DNA of 64,000 bases from Gemmatimonadaceae bacterium (lineage in GTDB: Bacteria > Gemmatimonadota > Gemmatimonadetes > Gemmatimonadales > Gemmatimonadaceae). The stretch is from contig JBGAJQ010000016.1 of assembly GCA_044224875.1 (NCBI GenBank), positions 1 to 64,000 of the forward strand, in the 5' to 3' direction. The position numbers and the translations under genes were made by a program. Below, in pieces: positions 59,838 through 64,000 of this stretch. The notes beneath the pieces were generated by a model that was not told the origin of the DNA, made no database searches, and saw only the letters and a list, made by a program, of their open reading frames with translations. Each line of letters begins with the position of its first letter. Positions within the stretch are counted from its first letter, which is position 1.

Positions 59838-61136
59838 ATTTCCAAAGAACTGATCTCCCTCGAGGCGCCGGTTGAGCGTACGCTGTTGGTTGGCGCGCCG
59901 CGCAAGCGCACCGGCGCCCGCCATCAGGTGGATGAGCACCTGGAGGAGCTGGAGCGCCTTGCCGATACCGCCGGGGCTCGTGTGGTTGGGACGCTCACGC
60001 AGATGCTGGACCGTCCGAACTCGGCGACGTACCTGGGCTCCGGCAAGATCGAGGAACTGCGCGGGCGCATCGAATCGGAGGACGTGTCGCTCGTCATCTT
60101 CGATGATGAGCTCACACCCTCCCAAGGCAAGAACATCGAGGATGCGATCGGTCGGCGGGTCATGGATCGCGCGGAGCTCATCCTCGACATTTTTGCCACG
60201 AGGGCCCGAAGTCGCGAGGCTCGCCTCCAGGTGGAGCTGGCGCAGCTGGAGTACATGCTCCCGCGCCTGACTCGAATGTGGACGCACCTTGAGAAATTCC
60301 GTGGCGGTATTGGGGTTCGCGGCCCAGGTGAAACACAGCTGGAGACGGACCGGCGCCTCATTTCGCAGCGCATCCGTGTGTTGAAGGAGCGTCTTGCCGA
60401 TGTGCAGCGCTCGCGCGCCGTGCAGCGACAGGGACGCAAGGGGGAGTTTCGGGCGGCCCTCGTCGGCTACACGAACGCCGGGAAGTCATCGCTCCTGCGC
60501 GCCATGTCTGGTGACCGCGACGTGTTCGTCGAGGACCGGTTGTTCGCGACGCTGGACACCCTCACGCGCGAGGTCGATGTCGGCGAACGGCAGCATGTGC
60601 TCCTGACGGATACCGTCGGCTTCATCCGGAAGCTCCCGCACCACCTGGTCGCGTCGTTTCGCGCAACGTTGGAGGAGGTGTTGGAGGCCGACCTGCTGTT
60701 ACATGTCATCGACGCCAGCCAGGACTCGTGGGAAGAGCAGCGCGACGTCGTTGAGGAGGTCTTGGCCGAGTTGGGCGCGCGCGAGAAACCCGTGCTCTAT
60801 GTGTTCAACAAGGTGGACCTGCTCACTCCCGACGAGCAACGCGGGTTGCAGGAGCGGCTACGCGCGATGCTTCCTGAACACGTGCTCGTCTCTGCTCGAA
60901 GCGCGGCCGGCGTGGAGCCGCTTCTCGCCGAATTGCGCGCTCGGCTGCTGGCCCTTCGCCCCCTCACGGAGTTGAGGGTTTCGGCCGGCGATGGGCGCCT
61001 GTTGGCTGACATCCACCGCTCGGGAGAGGTTGTCGACCAGCGGTCGGATGGCGACGTGATGGTCCTCACGACGCGCATGGATCCGGCCTCGATTGCGCGT
61101 CTCCAGCGGGCAGGGGCGGTGGTCGGCACTCCGTAA
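59838..61136 (+). CDS. hflX: GTPase HflX (probable ATT start at 59838; first canonical start is TTG 59886)
   Basis: [38 protein letters not shown] and NKVD. Confidence 0.95.
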   Translation: MSKELISLEAPVERTLLVGAPRKRTGARHQVDEHLEELERLADTAGARVVGTLTQMLDRPNSATYLGSGKIEELRGRIESEDVSLVIFDDELTPSQGKNIEDAIGRRVMDRAELILDIFATRARSREARLQVELAQLEYMLPRLTRMWTHLEKFRGGIGVRGPGETQLETDRRLISQRIRVLKERLADVQRSRAVQRQGRKGEFRAALVGYTNAGKSSLLRAMSGDRDVFVEDRLFATLDTLTREVDVGERQHVLLTDTVGFIRKLPHHLVASFRATLEEVLEADLLLHVIDASQDSWEEQRDVVEEVLAELGAREKPVLYVFNKVDLLTPDEQRGLQERLRAMLPEHVLVSARSAAGVEPLLAELRARLLALRPLTELRVSAGDGRLLADIHRSGEVVDQRSDGDVMVLTTRMDPASIARLQRAGAVVGTP

Positions 61137-61165
61137 CACGCTCCCACCGCATTATCCTACGGCCC

Positions 61166-62161
61166 ATGCGAAAAGCGCTGATCACAGGCATTACGGGGCA
61201 GGACGGGTCGTACCTGGCCGAGTTGCTCCTTGGCAAGGGATACGAGGTGCACGGCGTTGTGCGTCGTTCGTCGCAGTTCAACACCGGCCGCATCGAGCCG
61301 ATCTACCTGAGCGAGCACCTGCCGGGCGAACGGCTCCACTTGCACTACGGCGATTTGCACGACGCGTCGTCCCTGCAACGTATCCTAGCCAGGGTTGCAC
61401 CTGATGAGGTCTACAACCTGGGCGCGCAGAGTCACGTGCGCATCTCGTTCGACATTCCCGAATACACCGTCGACGTCGCGGGGCTTGGCACGTTGCGGCT
61501 GCTGGAGGCGATTCGCAACCTCGGCATGTCGCCTCGATTCTATCAGGCGTCGTCCAGCGAGCAATACGGCAAGGTCGCGGCCGTTCCACAGAGCGAAGTG
61601 ACGCCGTTCCATCCGCGGTCGCCGTATGCCTGCGCGAAGGTCTTTGCCCACCACGCCACGGTCAACTACCGCGAGTCCTACGGGCTCCACGCGTCGTGCG
61701 GCATCCTGTTCAATCACGAAAGTCCGCGCCGCGGTGAGAACTTTGTGACGCGGAAGATCACGCGCGGCCTCACGCGGATCAAACTGGGGTTGCAGCCGAA
61801 GCTCTTCCTGGGAAACCTGGACGCGCAGCGTGATTGGGGCTTCGCGGGCGACTATGTGGAAGCGATGTGGTTAATGCTGCAACAACCCGTGCCTGACGAC
61901 TATGTCGTTGCAACAGGCGAGACCCACTCGGTGCGCGAGTTCCTGGACGCCGTGAGCGAGGTGATCGACCTGGACTGGGAGCGCTATGTGGAGATCGATC
62001 CCAAGTACTACCGTCCCGCGGAAGTCGACCTGCTGCTCGGGGACGCCAGCAAGGCGAAGCGGCAACTCGGATGGACGGCGCGAACTCCGTTTCGTGACCT
62101 GGTGCGCCTGATGACCGAGGCCGACCTGGCGCTGGCGCAGCAGGAGCTACGGTCCGAGTAA
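61166..62161 (+). CDS. gmd: GDP-mannose 4,6-dehydratase
   Basis: [40 protein letters not shown] and RDWG. Confidence 0.96.
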   Translation: MRKALITGITGQDGSYLAELLLGKGYEVHGVVRRSSQFNTGRIEPIYLSEHLPGERLHLHYGDLHDASSLQRILARVAPDEVYNLGAQSHVRISFDIPEYTVDVAGLGTLRLLEAIRNLGMSPRFYQASSSEQYGKVAAVPQSEVTPFHPRSPYACAKVFAHHATVNYRESYGLHASCGILFNHESPRRGENFVTRKITRGLTRIKLGLQPKLFLGNLDAQRDWGFAGDYVEAMWLMLQQPVPDDYVVATGETHSVREFLDAVSEVIDLDWERYVEIDPKYYRPAEVDLLLGDASKAKRQLGWTARTPFRDLVRLMTEADLALAQQELRSE

Positions 62162-62179
62162 CCCACTGAGCCAGTGAAC

Positions 62180-62213
62180 AAAAGGGGCGTCATTGCGAAA
62201 ATGACGCCCCTTC
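62180..62213. terminator. Intrinsic terminator between convergent gmd and tRNA-Val
   Basis: AAGGGGCGTCATT-gcgaa-AATGACGCCCCTT 13-bp stem; the A run gives a U tail on the minus strand. Confidence 0.8.
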
Positions 62214-62224
62214 GTGCCTTCGGA

Positions 62225-62298
62225 TGGTCGCGCAGGGACTCGAACCCCGGACCTCTGGTATGTGAGACCAGCGCTCTAACCAGCTGAGCTACGCGACC
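62225..62298 (-). tRNA. trnV: tRNA-Val(CAC), CCA not encoded
   Basis: Minus strand GGTCGCG-TAGCTCAGCTGGTTAGAGC-G-CTGGT-CTCACAT-ACCAG-AGGTC-CGGGG-TTCGAGT-CCCTG-CGCGACC-A folds as a standard cloverleaf. Confidence 0.96.
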
Positions 62299-62368
62299 GA
62301 AACCGCTGTCGAGTTCGACAAGGGTGGGGGAGAACGTTAATCAGCCGCAGGGAGGGTGGGTAGCCCTG

Positions 62369-62863
62369 CTAGCGGAACTCCACCGGTCCCAGCTCGGCCT
62401 GGATCGCGCGATCCCCCAGCAACAGTCGCGGGATTACCGACTGCCGGAAACGGAAGATGCGTAGCAGCTGGCGGCGCACGAGCGGGTGCACCAGGTCGCC
62501 CACCACACCTAACGGGAGTCGGTAAAGGACTTCGTCGGATATACGCGTCCCGTTCGCGACCTCGTCGAACTGGTGATGATGCACCCACTCCGCGTACGGG
62601 CCGTGGAGCTGCACGTCGACGAACTCATTTGGCGGATTCCATACGGAAATGAGGGTGCGCCAGCGCATGGGTACTCCGTGCAACCCAATGCGGTAGTCGA
62701 TGAGTGCTCCCGGCCGCATTTCTATAGGAGCTGGCGTCCTGATCGAGAAGTTCAGTTCGGGGGGAGTGAGTCGCTCCAGGTTGGTGGCGTTCGAGAAGAA
62801 GTCGAACACGTTCGGCCGCGGGAGCGGGACAACGAGGGACGAGCGCAGAACGTGTTGCGGCAT
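62369..62863 (-). CDS. SRPBCC family protein
   Basis: [30 protein letters not shown] and IFRFRQ. Confidence 0.85.
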   Translation of the reverse strand: MPQHVLRSSLVVPLPRPNVFDFFSNATNLERLTPPELNFSIRTPAPIEMRPGALIDYRIGLHGVPMRWRTLISVWNPPNEFVDVQLHGPYAEWVHHHQFDEVANGTRISDEVLYRLPLGVVGDLVHPLVRRQLLRIFRFRQSVIPRLLLGDRAIQAELGPVEFR

Positions 62864-62997
62864 GGTGGAAATGTTGCCCCGAATCCATGTTGTGTTCAAC
62901 GATTGTCCATCTATTTGCAGGCGGGCGCCGACCCCCGCTCGTGCCTTTGCGCGAAGGCGCTTCGCGCGGGAGATTGGCGCCTTAACGGGGGACTCGT

Positions 62998-64000
62998 TTG
63001 GGCCTTCTCTCCATACTCGACCGCGAGCACAGCATTGCGCCGCCGACTTACAACCGGTGGCGAGTGCCTCCGGCTGCACTCGCGATTCATCTCGCGATCG
63101 GCCAGGCGTACGCATTCAGCGTCTTCAACCTTCCGCTCTCGACACTGCGCGGGATATCAACCAGCGCCCCGGATGATTGGAAGCTGACGACGATCGGTTG
63201 GATCTTTAGTGTGGCGATCGTTTTCCTGGGGCTGTCCGCGTTCACCTTTGGGCGTTGGCTCGAGGGGGCAGGTCCCCGGAAGGCGATGTTCGCGTCCGCT
63301 GCATGCTTTGGTGGGGGCTTTCTCGTCGCGGCGGCCGGCGTATCGGTTCACGCGATCTGGCTCGTGTACCTCGGGTACGGCGTGATTGGTGGGATTGGGC
63401 TTGGTCTGGGCTACATCTCGCCGGTATCCACCCTCATCAAGTGGTTTCCCGATCGCCCGGGAATGGCAACCGGGCTGGCGATCATGGGGTTTGGGGGTGG
63501 AGCGATGATCGGCTCACCCTTGGCGGTTGGACTCATGGAACACTTCAAGACTCCGGCGTCGATGGGAGTGGCGGAGACGTTCGTGGTCATGGGTCTGTTG
63601 TACTTCGTCTTCATGATGTTCGGCGTGTTCACCGTACGGCTTCCGTCGCCGGACTGGCACGCTCCGACCCGAGCGAGTCGCCTAACGCGGCGAGTGCCGG
63701 CCGCCGCCGACGTTCTTGTCACGGAGTCGATTCGCACACCGCAATTCTGGCTGTTGTGGGGGGTGCTGTGCCTGAATGTGACGGCGGGCATCGGCGTGCT
63801 GGGGCAGGCTTCACCCATGATCCAGGAGATGTTCCCCGGCGCCATCACGGCGAGTGCGGCCGCAGGGTTCGTGGGGTTGCTCAGCCTCGCCAACATGGCC
63901 GGTCGGTTTGTCTGGTCGTCCTTGTCCGACGTGCTAGGGCGCCGCCGAACCTACATGGTCTATTTCGCGTTAGGCGCCGTGCTCTATGCCTCGGTGCCGT
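62998..64000 (+). CDS. OFA-family MFS transporter (3' truncated by window edge)
   Basis: TTG start after [54 protein letters not shown]; not in the supplied ORF track because the frame runs off the end. Confidence 0.88.
   Translation, partial: MGLLSILDREHSIAPPTYNRWRVPPAALAIHLAIGQAYAFSVFNLPLSTLRGISTSAPDDWKLTTIGWIFSVAIVFLGLSAFTFGRWLEGAGPRKAMFASAACFGGGFLVAAAGVSVHAIWLVYLGYGVIGGIGLGLGYISPVSTLIKWFPDRPGMATGLAIMGFGGGAMIGSPLAVGLMEHFKTPASMGVAETFVVMGLLYFVFMMFGVFTVRLPSPDWHAPTRASRLTRRVPAAADVLVTESIRTPQFWLLWGVLCLNVTAGIGVLGQASPMIQEMFPGAITASAAAGFVGLLSLANMAGRFVWSSLSDVLGRRRTYMVYFALGAVLYASVP

Noticed and set aside
62225..64000. tRNA-Val as an island integration site
   Set aside because: No duplicated tRNA 3' end and no integrase in the window; the 3' side leads straight to a terminator and gmd.

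Overview
A GC-rich (roughly 65% by eye) bacterial core-genome segment with almost all genes on the + strand. Gene order and protein style suggest Gemmatimonadota or a related FCB-group lineage (inference). It holds bamD-nadD-secA-radC-relA, a small inverted ECF sigma/cupin islet, uvrB-tsaE-tsaB-rimI-ssb, galE-tolQRAB-pal-cpoB-tatC-lptD-like, a hut cluster with an embedded radical SAM gene, two large TPR proteins with acidic linkers, aroQ-M24 peptidase-accB-pilT/U-accC, ftsK, recA-recX-alaS, cca, rarA, hflX, gmd, tRNA-Val(CAC) and a partial MFS gene. I found no mobile elements, CRISPR arrays or rRNA. Several local indel clusters (secA, hutH, hutU, second TPR gene) look like long-read assembly errors. 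The main non-obvious signals are: (1) the octamer CGTTAGGC, found 20 times by manual count, mostly inside genes and using rare codons; (2) a 19-bp motif shared by the uvrB and recA promoters, a candidate SOS box; (3) an SgmX-like TPR protein plus a PilT/PilU gene inserted into accBC; (4) dense D-S/T-hydrophobic motifs in envelope proteins; (5) a probable ATT start for hflX; (6) a ~90-nt RNA rod between recA and recX. All calls come from reading motifs by eye, without database searches.
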